64,000 nucleotides of DNA from Gammaproteobacteria bacterium (GCA_041565075.1 JBFGOQ010000004.1:9018-73017); one strand, 5' to 3'; shown: positions 27,213-37,338, numbered from the stretch's first letter. Translations and numbers: made by a program. The notes: generated by a model not told the origin, from the letters alone.

Positions 27213-28393
27213 GTGGACAATACGACATCGTCGTGATTGGCGGAGGCATAAACGGCACCGGTGTCGCCCAGGCGGCCGCGGCTGCAGGTAACAGCGTGCT
27301 GCTGCTGGAGAAAAGCAGCCTTGGTGAGGGCACTTCCAGTCGTTCGAGCAAATTGATTCACGGCGGGCTGCGTTATCTCGAATCCATGGAGTTTTCGCTG
27401 GTCAGGGAAAGCCTTAACGAACGCACCCTGATGTTAAAGCTGGCACCTGAACTTGTGCGGCTGCGGCGATTTCTCATTCCGGTATACAAAGCAACCCGTC
27501 GTCGGCCTTGGCAGTTACGGGTCGGGCTTGGCCTCTACACCGCCCTGGCGAGCTTCGAAAAAGGCACCGAGTTCGGCACCCTCGGGCGCGAGGAGTGGCA
27601 GGAGCTTGACGGACTCAGAACAAAAGGCCTGCAAAAGGTCTTTTTCTACCATGACGCACAAACCGATGATCGCGCGCTGACCCGCGCGGTTATGGCTTCC
27701 GCAGAAAAATTGGGGGCAGAATGTATCGAGGGCGCCCAATTCGTGGGGGCAACGCTGGGACAAAAGAATTCCGAACTGCGCTACCTCGTCGATGGCAGGG
27801 AACAAACCTGCAGCGCCAGGGTGATCGTAAATGCGGGCGGACCCTGGGTTAATGATGTTCTGGCAACGGTCTCGCCGGCACTGCCACCGCGCGCTATTGA
27901 GCTGGTCCAGGGCGCACACCTGATTGTTGACGGCGAGGTCACGCAGGGTTGTTACTACATGGAAAGCCGGCGCGACGGGCGTGCAGTGTTTGTCATGCCC
28001 TGGCAAGGCAAGACCCTGGTGGGCACCACAGAAACGCGCTTCTCAGGTGACCTCGACGACGTCCAGCCCTTGCAGTCGGAGCGCAATTACCTGTCGGCAA
28101 TCCTGCTGCATCATTTCCCACGCTATCGGCAAGCACTCGGGGCCGGGCCAGTCGCCGCGTTTGCAGGTCTGCGCGTCCTGCCAGCAGGAGAGGGACACGC
28201 ATTTCACCGTTCGAGGGAGGTGATACTGGACACTCATGGCGAGGACCGGCCCAGGGTGATCAGTATTTATGGCGGCAAGCTGACGACATGGCGGCCGACC
28301 GCCGCCAAGGTCATGCAAAGAATACGTGGCGCACTGCCGGCACGCGAGGCAAAAGCCGATACCCGCGATGTGGTCCTTACTCCGGTTGACTGA
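27209..28393 (+). CDS. glpD: FAD-dependent glycerol-3-phosphate dehydrogenase/oxidase (GlpD-like)
   Basis: GGGINGTG, GTSSRSSKLIHGGLRYLE, NAGGPW, GTTE, GGKLTTWR. Confidence 0.82.
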   Translation: MSGQYDIVVIGGGINGTGVAQAAAAAGNSVLLLEKSSLGEGTSSRSSKLIHGGLRYLESMEFSLVRESLNERTLMLKLAPELVRLRRFLIPVYKATRRRPWQLRVGLGLYTALASFEKGTEFGTLGREEWQELDGLRTKGLQKVFFYHDAQTDDRALTRAVMASAEKLGAECIEGAQFVGATLGQKNSELRYLVDGREQTCSARVIVNAGGPWVNDVLATVSPALPPRAIELVQGAHLIVDGEVTQGCYYMESRRDGRAVFVMPWQGKTLVGTTETRFSGDLDDVQPLQSERNYLSAILLHHFPRYRQALGAGPVAAFAGLRVLPAGEGHAFHRSREVILDTHGEDRPRVISIYGGKLTTWRPTAAKVMQRIRGALPAREAKADTRDVVLTPVD

Positions 28394-28447
28394 TGAGGCC
28401 GGGGCGGTGAACCTTGCGGGCACCGTGGCAGGTCAAATGCAAAGCAG

Positions 28448-29980
28448 ATGAGCAAGGTAGCCCTTGCTTCCAGTTCGCAAATCTCGGCAGACGCCGGGGC
28501 GGAAATTGCCCGCGCGGGCGGCAATGCCGTCGATGCGGCACTGGCGGCAGCCTTGGTCAGCGCCGTCACCGAGCCCGGGGTATGCGCACTGGGTGCCGGC
28601 GCATACCTCAGTATCTGGCCACCCGACGGCGAGCCGGTCACTATTGATGCCAATGTCGCAGTGCCGGGGTTGGGGCGTCCTGCTGGCAGCGCCGGTAACA
28701 GCGGCCGGGAAATTTACATGGAATACGGAGGTGGCGTCACTACCATCGTGGGCCACGGTTCTGTCGCAACGCCTGGCGCTCTGGCCGGCTGCGATGTCGC
28801 TTCGCGGCACTATGGTCGCCTGCCCTGGCGCGAATTATTTGGCCCCGCCATAAGCTGGGCGCGCGATGGCTTTCCACTTTCGCAGGCGGCTTACAATTAC
28901 CTGCGTTTTTCCCACCAGCTGGTATTTGGCTGGAATTCACAGAGCTACAACGCGCTGCATGATGAGAACGGGCAGGTACTCGAGCCCGGAGACCCCGTCC
29001 GCATAAGCTGCCTCGCGGAATCTTTGCACCAAATTGCGGACCAGGGCGTCGCCGTCTTTTACAAGGGCGAGCTCGCTCGTGCCATCGCAACGGACATTGG
29101 CTCTCATGGTGGCGCACTGACCCTGGCCGACCTGGAAAAATACGAGCCGATCACGCGAAAGTGTCTGCGTGTCAGGAAAAAGCAATGGGAAATTGCCACT
29201 AATCCTGCGCCCGCAGTCGGCGGTGCCACCCTGACAGCCATGTTGATGCTCATGAAAGATGAGGCTCAGGAACCGTGGACGTCAACGCAAGTCGCAAGAC
29301 TCGCCCAGGTGCAACATGCCGTGCTGGGGTTTCGACGCACGCACCTGTCCGGAGACCACGATTGCGAGCCCGCCATCAGGCAGCTGCTGGCTCTGGCCCG
29401 GGCAGGTCGCCTCGACGGCATGACCGCGCCGTCCACCATTCATGTCTCGGCTGTTGACCAGACGGGGCTGAGCTGCGCGATCACAATGTCGGCGGGCTAT
29501 GGCTCCGGCGTCATGCCGCCCGGCACCGGCATCTGGCTCAACAACTGCCTGGGCGAACTCGAACTCAACAGTCGCGGACTCGATGCCGAACCGGCCGGTC
29601 GGCGTCTGCCGTCCAATATGGCGCCATGCGTGGCCCGCAGCCGCGATGGCGCCGCGCTGGCAATCGGATCACCGGGGGCCGATCGCATTACCAGCGCGAT
29701 CCTGCAGACATTGGTCAACTTCATCGATCGCAAAACGTCGTTGAATGCGGCAATCGAAGCCCCGCGGCTGCATGTCGAAGCCGGCAAGGATGGATGGCGG
29801 GTTGCTTGCGAGCCGGGCTTGCCCACCGAAGAAATCAAGCTGCCCGTGCGAGTGTTCCCCGGAATATCAATGTATTTCGGGGGCGTCGGTGCCGCCCTGA
29901 TGCACCCGGACGGGCGTCTCGAATCTGCCGCAGATCCGCGTCGTACGGGCGGTACCGCCATCGCCGAGCATTCCGACTGA
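28448..29980 (+). CDS. ggt: Gamma-glutamyltransferase family protein
   Basis: GGNAVDAA, VATPG, STIHVSAVD (Ntn Thr), LNN.LGE, SNMAP, GSPGADRI, DPRR.G; no signal peptide. Confidence 0.83.
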   Translation: MSKVALASSSQISADAGAEIARAGGNAVDAALAAALVSAVTEPGVCALGAGAYLSIWPPDGEPVTIDANVAVPGLGRPAGSAGNSGREIYMEYGGGVTTIVGHGSVATPGALAGCDVASRHYGRLPWRELFGPAISWARDGFPLSQAAYNYLRFSHQLVFGWNSQSYNALHDENGQVLEPGDPVRISCLAESLHQIADQGVAVFYKGELARAIATDIGSHGGALTLADLEKYEPITRKCLRVRKKQWEIATNPAPAVGGATLTAMLMLMKDEAQEPWTSTQVARLAQVQHAVLGFRRTHLSGDHDCEPAIRQLLALARAGRLDGMTAPSTIHVSAVDQTGLSCAITMSAGYGSGVMPPGTGIWLNNCLGELELNSRGLDAEPAGRRLPSNMAPCVARSRDGAALAIGSPGADRITSAILQTLVNFIDRKTSLNAAIEAPRLHVEAGKDGWRVACEPGLPTEEIKLPVRVFPGISMYFGGVGAALMHPDGRLESAADPRRTGGTAIAEHSD

Positions 29981-30765
29981 TGGCAGAAGGCGTATTCCTG
30001 AAACAATTGCGCATCGCGATCCTGCTGTTGATCCTGGCAGCGGTCGCTGTCGACGTTTTGCTCGCCAGGTTGCGGACGCATGACTGGACCCAGCTCGAAC
30101 GTGTTGCGGTCTACCCCATCGTCGGCGATCACTCCCTGGTGACGTCAAAGTATGTCGGCAGGCTTGAAGAGCGCGTATTCGAAGAAATCGAGCATTACCT
30201 TGTCGCCCAGGCAAAACGGCATGGCATCGATCAGACGCCGCTCGTTGACCTGCAATTGCGCCAGCAGATAGACCGCCTGCCGCCTCCGCCGCCGGCCGCG
30301 CGTGGAGTTTTGAGTACCGCATGGTGGAGTCTGCGACTGCGTTACTGGACCTGGCGCGTAACCCGCAATGACCCGCGACCCGATACTCGTATTCGCATGT
30401 TCCTGGTCTACCACGATCCAGAGCATCGAGCGGAGCTGCCACATTCGCTGGGTTTACGCGAGCTATTGGTTGGTGTCACCCATGTATTCGCAAGCCGACG
30501 ACAGCAATCGGTGAATAACGTGGTGATCACCCACGAACTCATGCACACCCTGGGTGCCACGGATAAATACGACCCGGTAAGCAACCAGCCCTTGTACCCG
30601 GAGGGCTTCGCTGAGCCGGACAGGAAACCGCTCTATCCACAGCGTTTTGCGGAAATAATGGGCGGTCGCGTGCCACTTTCATCGACTGAAGCCGCAATTC
30701 CGCCGGCCCTGCGGGCGACACTCGTTGGCACCCGGACCGCAAAGGAGATCGCCTGGCGCAAGTGA
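29980..30765 (+). CDS. Membrane-anchored hypothetical metzincin-like metalloprotease
   Basis: N-terminal TM; HELMHTLGATD (HExxHxxGxxD); downstream EIMG; TGATG coupling to ggt. Confidence 0.62.
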   Translation: MAEGVFLKQLRIAILLLILAAVAVDVLLARLRTHDWTQLERVAVYPIVGDHSLVTSKYVGRLEERVFEEIEHYLVAQAKRHGIDQTPLVDLQLRQQIDRLPPPPPAARGVLSTAWWSLRLRYWTWRVTRNDPRPDTRIRMFLVYHDPEHRAELPHSLGLRELLVGVTHVFASRRQQSVNNVVITHELMHTLGATDKYDPVSNQPLYPEGFAEPDRKPLYPQRFAEIMGGRVPLSSTEAAIPPALRATLVGTRTAKEIAWRK

Positions 30766-30792
30766 CATGGCATGATTTGTTAGACTGCATGG

Positions 30793-31575
30793 ATGATTTC
30801 AGGTCCGTCTTCATATGCCCTGGCATGCAGCGATCTCGATGTGACGATTGCTGGCCGTACCCTGGTACAGGCGCTTGCGCTGCGCCTTGCTGGGGGCAGC
30901 TGTACCGCTTTGCTGGGCCGCAACGGCGCCGGCAAAACCACTACCCTCCACACGCTTGCCGGTCTGCACGTCAAGGGTAGAGGCACGCTCGCACTGAATG
31001 ACAAGCCGCTGCCGGAATTGGGGCGAAAGCAACTGGCCCGGCGCCTCGGCCTTCTGATGCAAAATTATGAATACCCCTTCCCGTCGACAGTTTTGTCCGC
31101 GGTATTGATCGGCCGGCATCCGCATCTTGGCCTCTTGCAGTGGGAGAGCCGCGACGACCAGGCACTTGCCAGGCAAGCTTTGGCCGCGGTGGGACTCGAG
31201 GGATTCGAGGAGCGTGATGTCACCACCCTGTCGGGGGGTGAACGGCGGCGCCTCTCCATCGCGACGCTGCTGGCCCAGGATCCGGATGTTTACCTGCTCG
31301 ATGAGCCCGTCAACAATCTGGATCCCCGTTATCAGCTCATGATTATGCGCTTGCTGGCGGACAAGGCCAGGGCTGGCCATGCGGTTATGGTCAGCCTGCA
31401 TGACGTCAATCTCGCCCGAGTTTTCTGCCAGCGCGCCGTCTTGCTGTTCGGCGATGGCACCTGGCTGGCGGGTCCCGCACACGAAGTGATCAACGCCGAC
31501 AACCTCTCTCGCCTTTACACGACTCCGTTCGCGTCCGTCGAAGCCAACGGACAACATTATTACTACGCCGCCTGA
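30793..31575 (+). CDS. ABC transporter ATP-binding protein, cobalamin/siderophore (BtuD/FepC-like) type
   Basis: GRNGAGKTT, GRHPH, LSGGE, LLDEP.NNLD, SLHD.N. Confidence 0.87.
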   Translation: MISGPSSYALACSDLDVTIAGRTLVQALALRLAGGSCTALLGRNGAGKTTTLHTLAGLHVKGRGTLALNDKPLPELGRKQLARRLGLLMQNYEYPFPSTVLSAVLIGRHPHLGLLQWESRDDQALARQALAAVGLEGFEERDVTTLSGGERRRLSIATLLAQDPDVYLLDEPVNNLDPRYQLMIMRLLADKARAGHAVMVSLHDVNLARVFCQRAVLLFGDGTWLAGPAHEVINADNLSRLYTTPFASVEANGQHYYYAA

Positions 31576-31583
31576 GACTTCCC

Positions 31584-32054
31584 ATGCGCCAGCACCAAGC
31601 ATTGCCCGATCAACCCGTAACGCTGGTCGAAACCTGTCCGACCGTCGATCAGTATCTGCATCTTCGAGAGCAAGTCGGCTGGGCTCCGGTGGCAGCGAAT
31701 GAAGTGAAAGGAGCGCTCGCAGCGTCGCTATATAGCCTGTGCGCCGTACACGACAACAAGGTCATCGCCTGCGCACGCATTATCGGAGATGGCGGGCTGT
31801 ATTTTTACGTCCAGGACATGATCGTCGATTCGGATTATCGCGGGATGGGTATCGGGACCGTTCTCATGCGCGCCTTGCTCAAATGGCTCGCGGCGCATGC
31901 TGGCGAGGGCGCATTTATCGGACTGATGGCGGCCGAGGGGGCAGCAGGCTTCTACCGCAAGTTCGGCTTCGAAGAACGGCCCCAAGGCCGGCCCGGGATG
32001 TCTATTTCACAACTGCGCCTTTACCCCGGTACGGATACTTCACCCTCAAAATAA
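31584..32054 (+). CDS. GNAT N-acetyltransferase
   Basis: VDSDYRGMGIG acetyl-CoA motif; FYRKFGF. Confidence 0.85.
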   Translation: MRQHQALPDQPVTLVETCPTVDQYLHLREQVGWAPVAANEVKGALAASLYSLCAVHDNKVIACARIIGDGGLYFYVQDMIVDSDYRGMGIGTVLMRALLKWLAAHAGEGAFIGLMAAEGAAGFYRKFGFEERPQGRPGMSISQLRLYPGTDTSPSK

Positions 32055-32815
32055 AGCACCGCGTGGCCGGCGATTTCCACACGCTCGCCGCGGTCCTGGC
32101 AAAGCAGATCCCCGGCGCGTGCTGAAATCTGGCGGGCCACCAGCGAGGTCTTGCCGAGCCGCCCTGACCAGTAAGGGATCAATGTGCAATGGGCCGAGCC
32201 CGTGACGGGATCTTCCGGCACGCCGGCAGCTGGCGCGAAGAAGCGGGACACGAAATCTACGTCCCAGCCCGGCGCAGTAACAATCACGCCGATACGATCC
32301 AGCTTTGCAAGTACGGCAAAGTCTGGCTGCAAGGCGCGCACTTCGGAGGCGTTGTCCAGTACTGCCAGGTAGTACTCGGCAACACCCGTAAAGCGTGGCG
32401 TGCAACCGAGCCCCTCTTGTAACGCCGCAGGCGGTGATTCGAGGGGCACTGCGGGTTGGGCAGGAAAATCCATGCGCAGCAGATCCCCGTCCACGCGGAC
32501 AGCGAGCGGGCCGCTGTGCGTCAGAAACTGGACCTGCCGCGCACTCGGATCCAGATAGCGTGTCACGACCCAGGCACTTGCCAGGGTGGCATGACCGCAC
32601 AAATCCACTTCCGTCGCCGGCGTGAACCAACGCAATCGCCAGCCATTGTCACCCGGCACGATAAATGCCGTTTCAGACAGGTTGTTCTCGGTAGCAATCG
32701 CCTGCAACAATTCGTCGTCCAGCCATTGTTCCAGCGGACACACGGCCGCAGGATTGCCGGCAAATACGTCGCGGGTAAAAGCACTGACCCTGTATATGGG
32801 CAATTTCACAGGCAT
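32021..32815 (-). CDS. PhzF-family epimerase
   Basis: GNPAAV, NLSETAF, EVDLCGHATLA, EDPVTGSAHC. Confidence 0.92.
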   Translation of the reverse strand: MPVKLPIYRVSAFTRDVFAGNPAAVCPLEQWLDDELLQAIATENNLSETAFIVPGDNGWRLRWFTPATEVDLCGHATLASAWVVTRYLDPSARQVQFLTHSGPLAVRVDGDLLRMDFPAQPAVPLESPPAALQEGLGCTPRFTGVAEYYLAVLDNASEVRALQPDFAVLAKLDRIGVIVTAPGWDVDFVSRFFAPAAGVPEDPVTGSAHCTLIPYWSGRLGKTSLVARQISARAGDLLCQDRGERVEIAGHAVLYFEGEVSVPG

Positions 32816-33591
32816 CCCCTGGCGGCACGCCATAGCGCTGGCGTCCCTGCCAGAACCGAGCTTGTCGCCAGGGTCGGCGCCGCGCCATGCAGATCAGTAA
32901 ACACACCGCCGGCTTCGGTCACGATCAATGACAAGGCAGCAATATCCAGGATGTTCACATCAGATTCGATCACCAGGTCAATTTTGCCTGCTGCCAGCAG
33001 ATGGTAATGATAAAAGTCACCGTAGCCGCGATTGCGCGCGACTTGTGAAATGATCGTGCCCAGGCCGCCCCAGGGCCCGGCACTTGCCATGCTTCTGAGA
33101 TTGCCCGTGGACAGCGTTGCCTCTTCAAAGGTTGTGATTTGGCTGACTTTGACACGCTTGTCGTTCAACCATGCACCCTGGCCGCGCAGCGCCCAGGCTG
33201 TCTCCTCAAAAACCGGCGCGCTGGAGACCCCTAATACGATTTCGCCCCCGTGCATGAGGGCCACCTGGGTCGAAAAGAAAGGATACTGGCGGACAAAACC
33301 GCGGGTGCCATCAAGCGGATCGACCAACCACAAGAATTCACTCGCCTCACCACTGCGCCCCGTTTCCTCGCCAAAAAAATCGTGGCTCGGGAAGGCCTCG
33401 CCGATTACGCGCCTGATCAGATCCTCGGCTTCCTTGTCGGCTCGCGTGACTGGCGTGTTATCGGTCTTCAGCTCCAGACCGATCGCCGCGGCTGCGGGGT
33501 CGGCGACGTAGGCATCGTAATGCTGCCTTATGCCGGCGGACGCCAGCCTGGCTGCTTCGCGAGCGACTTCGAGATGTGCGCTGTAGTCCAC
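32806..33591 (-). CDS. Inositol monophosphatase family protein (possibly histidinol-phosphatase)
   Basis: PVTRAD, GEE, VDPLDGT, DIAA...EAGG. Confidence 0.85.
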   Translation of the reverse strand: MDYSAHLEVAREAARLASAGIRQHYDAYVADPAAAAIGLELKTDNTPVTRADKEAEDLIRRVIGEAFPSHDFFGEETGRSGEASEFLWLVDPLDGTRGFVRQYPFFSTQVALMHGGEIVLGVSSAPVFEETAWALRGQGAWLNDKRVKVSQITTFEEATLSTGNLRSMASAGPWGGLGTIISQVARNRGYGDFYHYHLLAAGKIDLVIESDVNILDIAALSLIVTEAGGVFTDLHGAAPTLATSSVLAGTPALWRAARGCL

Positions 33592-33663
33592 CAGGCGATA
33601 GCTCCGTTAACAGGCCCGACATTCTACCTCGTATGCTGCCTGATGCCGCGCCAACTGCGCGTG

Positions 33664-33693
33664 TTGACAGCAGCTCGTGCCAGCCAATAAGGT
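33664..33693 (+). promoter_or_regulatory. Sigma70 promoter for the riboswitch-btuB transcript
   Basis: TTGACA (33664) - 18 nt - TAAGGT (33688), just before the riboswitch. Confidence 0.55.
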
Positions 33694-33699
33694 AGGCGG

Positions 33700-33902
33700 C
33701 GCTTGAGGTGTTACCGGCACGTAGCCGGTACGTCGGGAAGTCGGTGCGTCCTTGCCGGGACAAGTCCGACGCTGCCCCCGCAACGGTAAGCGAGCAAGGC
33801 GGCATCAGCAGGCCCAGAAGGGCCGGCAACCACTGCAGCAATGCGGGAAGGTGATGTCTGACCAGGCGTTAGGCCCTCGCAAGCCCGGAGACCGGCCTCA
33901 GG
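33700..33902 (+). ncRNA. Cobalamin (B12) riboswitch
   Basis: GGGAAGTCGGTG...AAGTCCGAC GCTGCCCCCGCAACGGTAA...CCACTG...GGGAAGG...AAGCCCGGAGACCGGCC (B12 box); P1 TGAGG/CCTCA; upstream of btuB. Confidence 0.93.
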
Positions 33903-34022
33903 CACAGGTTTCGACTTCGCGGCGGGCGGGTGTCGGGCAGCGCACGCCCCCATCTTTCCCCTCGCATGTAGAACACACCCTTTCGGCGCCAATGTGTGGG
34001 TGCGCCCAAGCGAGGATTTGCG

Positions 34023-35828
34023 GTGCAATCGAAATTTCTGCGGCCCCTGGCCGCCCTGCTTATTGCCATGGCGACGGCCCCGCTTGTTGCCCAGGAGCCG
34101 CCGGCAGAGCTCAGCCCGGTGATAACTACGGCTACGCGAACGCCCATTGCCCTGGCCGACGCTACGCTGCCGGTGCTGGTGATAAGCCGCGCGGATATCG
34201 AGCGCAGCCAGGCCAGCGACCTGGCGGAACTATTACGTTTTCATGCCGGGATTGAACTCGGTCGCAATGGTGGCCCGGGGCAGAATACCAGCCTGTTCCT
34301 GCGCGGCACCGAAAGCAATCACACCCTGGTCCTGGTGGACGGTGTCGAGATGAACCCGGGTACGCTCGGCGGCGCCGCAATCCACAATCTGCGTCCGGAC
34401 ATCATCGAGCGCATCGAAGTGGTAAAAGGGCCACGCTCGGCCTTGTGGGGATCGGAAGCCATTGGCGGTGTGGTCAATATCATTACCCGCGCTGCCGACC
34501 ACGGTTTCGACTGGTCATTGAGCGTGGGTGCGGGCCGTTATGACACGCGCAGCGCCGGGTTCGAAACACGGGTCCGCGGTGAGCGCGGCGGTCTTGCGGT
34601 CGGTTTTTCCAATCTGGATAGCGCTGGCTTCCCAACGCGCAGTGATGCAACGATCGATCGCGCCCATGACAACACCACCGTTAACCTGAAAGCCGATACC
34701 CGACTGGGCCAGGCAATGGTAACAGCGCGCTACTGGGAAGCGCGCGGCAACACCGAGTATCTGGATTTCTTTCTCGCGCCGCTGGAACAGGACTTCGTCA
34801 ACAGCATTATTGCCACCGATGTTTCGTTCACGCCGCGGCAAGACTGGCACACAACGCTGGGCCTGAGTCAAAGTAAGGACGAGATTTTCCAGCTTGATGG
34901 CAGCGACTACGTCATTACCAGGCGTACTACCGTCGATTGGCAAAACACCCTGACCAGTAGCAAACGCCACACCTTGCTGGCAGGCCTCACGGTAAGCGAA
35001 GAAGACACTGAGTCGCTTTCATTCGGGGCATTCTTTGCCGACTCGAGCAGGGTCACGGAAATCTACGTGAGCGATTACCTTGACCTTGGCCGGCATGGGT
35101 TGCTGCTGGCCGCCCGGCACACCGAACACGATGCGTTCAGCTCGGCACAAACCTGGAACGCCGAGTACAGCCTGAAGCTCTCCGGCTCTGCGCGCCTGAC
35201 CGCCGGCCTGGGGACAGCTTATCGCGCTCCCGACGGCACCGACAGATTTGGCTTTGGCGGCAACCCCAACTTGCGCCCGGAGCGAGCGCGCAATGCCGAG
35301 CTCGGGCTGCGGCGCGATCTGGGCAACGCCCGGCTGAGCATAAGCCTGTTCCAGAATGACATCGACGACCTTGTGGAATTCGTATTCGATCCGGAGACAT
35401 TTGATGGCGGCAATATCAATGTGGGACGGGCGCGGATTCGCGGCCTGGACGCCAGCTACGAGCTGGTCACGGATAACTGGCACTGGCGTATTGCGACGAT
35501 ATTTCAGAAACCCGAAAACGCAGCCAACGGCAGCCTGCTCGCGCGCCGGGCGCGCCGCAGCCTGAGCACTTCACTGGTACGGGCGCTGGGATGGGGCGAA
35601 CTTGGTATCGATCTTCTGGCCAGCGCAGAGCGCCGTGACTCGCCATTCAGTGACACGATAAATGCCGGCTACTTGCTCGCCAATCTTACTGCACGTGTCG
35701 ATCTGGCCAGTCAGTTGGCGCTGCGCCTGAAACTCGAAAACCTGCTGGACAGCGACTACGAGACTGCCGCGGGTTTCCGCAACGCCGGCAGGAGCCTGTA
35801 TGTCGGCCTCAGTTACTCAGGCCGCTGA
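34023..35828 (+). CDS. btuB: TonB-dependent cobalamin receptor BtuB-like
   Basis: Signal peptide, VITTATRT, plug FLRGTESNHTLVLVDG, IERIEVVKGPRSALWGSEAIGGVVNIIT, NLRPE, C-terminal ENLLD..Y; under a B12 riboswitch. Confidence 0.85.
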   Translation: MQSKFLRPLAALLIAMATAPLVAQEPPAELSPVITTATRTPIALADATLPVLVISRADIERSQASDLAELLRFHAGIELGRNGGPGQNTSLFLRGTESNHTLVLVDGVEMNPGTLGGAAIHNLRPDIIERIEVVKGPRSALWGSEAIGGVVNIITRAADHGFDWSLSVGAGRYDTRSAGFETRVRGERGGLAVGFSNLDSAGFPTRSDATIDRAHDNTTVNLKADTRLGQAMVTARYWEARGNTEYLDFFLAPLEQDFVNSIIATDVSFTPRQDWHTTLGLSQSKDEIFQLDGSDYVITRRTTVDWQNTLTSSKRHTLLAGLTVSEEDTESLSFGAFFADSSRVTEIYVSDYLDLGRHGLLLAARHTEHDAFSSAQTWNAEYSLKLSGSARLTAGLGTAYRAPDGTDRFGFGGNPNLRPERARNAELGLRRDLGNARLSISLFQNDIDDLVEFVFDPETFDGGNINVGRARIRGLDASYELVTDNWHWRIATIFQKPENAANGSLLARRARRSLSTSLVRALGWGELGIDLLASAERRDSPFSDTINAGYLLANLTARVDLASQLALRLKLENLLDSDYETAAGFRNAGRSLYVGLSYSGR

Positions 35829-35880
35829 GTATCCGCAGGACGGGCTGTGTGGCAGACTGCGGGTCGTCGGAGGATCTCTG

Positions 35881-36435
35881 ATGGGCAAGCGGCTAAGTAA
35901 GATTTATACGCGCACCGGTGATGACGGCACCACCGGCCTGGGCAACGGCGAGCGAGTACCCAAAAGCCACCCGCGGGTGGAAGCCTATGGCAGTGTTGAT
36001 GAACTCAACAGTGCGATCGGTGTCCTGTTGACCTGCGAATTACCCGGCAATATTCGTGACGGCCTGGTGGAGGTTCAGCATGATCTTTTCGACCTTGGCG
36101 GTGAACTGTGCCTGCCCGGTCACAAGGCAATCGACGCCGCATTCGTCACGCGGCTCGAGGGTTTACTGGACGCGCTCAACGACAAGCTGCCGGCATTGCG
36201 GGAATTCATACTGCCCGGCGGCGGCCCCGGCGCGGCGCATTGCCATCTTGCCCGCGCCATATGCAGGCGCGCGGAACGCAGGCTATGGTCGCTGGCCGCC
36301 CAGGAAGAAATCAATCACGATGGAATGATCTATCTCAACCGCCTTTCTGATCTGTTGTTCGTAATTGCCCGCGTGCTCGCGCGCGAGGAGCACGGCCACG
36401 AGGTGCAGTGGAAACGCGGTCGCAACGCCGGCTGA
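35881..36435 (+). CDS. PduO-type ATP:cob(I)alamin adenosyltransferase
   Basis: KIYTRTGDDGTT, EAYGSVDELNS, QHDLFDLG, FILPGG, RRAER, YLNRLSDLLF. Confidence 0.92.
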   Translation: MGKRLSKIYTRTGDDGTTGLGNGERVPKSHPRVEAYGSVDELNSAIGVLLTCELPGNIRDGLVEVQHDLFDLGGELCLPGHKAIDAAFVTRLEGLLDALNDKLPALREFILPGGGPGAAHCHLARAICRRAERRLWSLAAQEEINHDGMIYLNRLSDLLFVIARVLAREEHGHEVQWKRGRNAG

Positions 36436-36456
36436 CCCCGCAACCCGCGGGTGCGG

Positions 36457-37338
36457 CTACCGCAATTCAGATACCTCGCTCGACGACCGTAGTGCATTCA
36501 TTTTCTGGCAAATCTGCGCAGCACCGTCGGCCAGGCGCAAGGATGGGCGGGTCACAAGATCCGGGTCGACGCCCTGTACCTGGCTGGCCGCAGAGGTATC
36601 AAACGAGCCAAAACGCTCCCAGTGGGCCCGCGCCTCACTCAGCAGACCTTTGCTGACCAGTATCAGGCGCGGGTTGCGCGCGAGCACAGCCTCATGGCTT
36701 ACCGCCGCCGACAGCAAGTCGAGGTCGGCAAAAATATTACGCCCGCCGCACAATTCAATCAGTTCGGTAATGAAATGCGGTTGTCCCACCGTGTACAGGG
36801 GATCGAGCGAAATCTGATAAAAGATGCCAGGACGCTCATTATCGACGACTTCGCGATGCAGGGCTTGCAACTGCTCTCGGTATGCCTGTGCCCGCGCATA
36901 TGCCAGCGACTCGTTACCGGCCATGCGGCCGAGTTCTTCGAGTCGGGTCGCAACATCTGCTAGCGTGCTCGTGCCCAGGACCCGGACAACGAGCCCCATT
37001 TCCACCAGGCGCTCCCGGATGGTACCGGGCGTGCCACCCTCCCAGGCCAGCACGACGTCGGGAGCCAGTTGGGCAATGCGCTCGAAATCCACGTTGAACG
37101 CATCGCCGACCCTCGGCACTGCGAGCGCTGCCGCGGGATAATCACTGAATTCGACGGTCCCCACGACGCTTTCGCCCGCACCCGCGGCAAAGGCAAGTTC
37201 GGTCAGATGCGGGGCCAGGCTGACGATGCGCAGCGGCGCGCCATCGCCCGCCCGCTCTTCTTGCGCCGGTGGCGGTCCGCAACCAAGCAAAAGCATGAGC
37301 GCCAGGCCACTGCCCAGCAGTCGCGGCAATCTTTGCAC
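36457..37338 (-). CDS. btuF: Cobalamin-binding periplasmic lipoprotein (BtuF-like)
   Basis: LLGC lipobox; RIVSLAPHLTE, SDYP, ERI..L.PD, CGGRNIF, RPS.RL. Confidence 0.8.
   Translation of the reverse strand: MQRLPRLLGSGLALMLLLGCGPPPAQEERAGDGAPLRIVSLAPHLTELAFAAGAGESVVGTVEFSDYPAAALAVPRVGDAFNVDFERIAQLAPDVVLAWEGGTPGTIRERLVEMGLVVRVLGTSTLADVATRLEELGRMAGNESLAYARAQAYREQLQALHREVVDNERPGIFYQISLDPLYTVGQPHFITELIELCGGRNIFADLDLLSAAVSHEAVLARNPRLILVSKGLLSEARAHWERFGSFDTSAASQVQGVDPDLVTRPSLRLADGAAQICQKMNALRSSSEVSELR

Noticed and set aside
32021-32054. 34-bp convergent overlap of the GNAT and PhzF gene ends
   Set aside because: Short tail-to-tail overlaps are common in compact genomes; no sign of function.
33458-34255. 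ORFs spanning the region between the IMPase gene and btuB
   Set aside because: The region is explained by a promoter, the cobalamin riboswitch and its expression platform.
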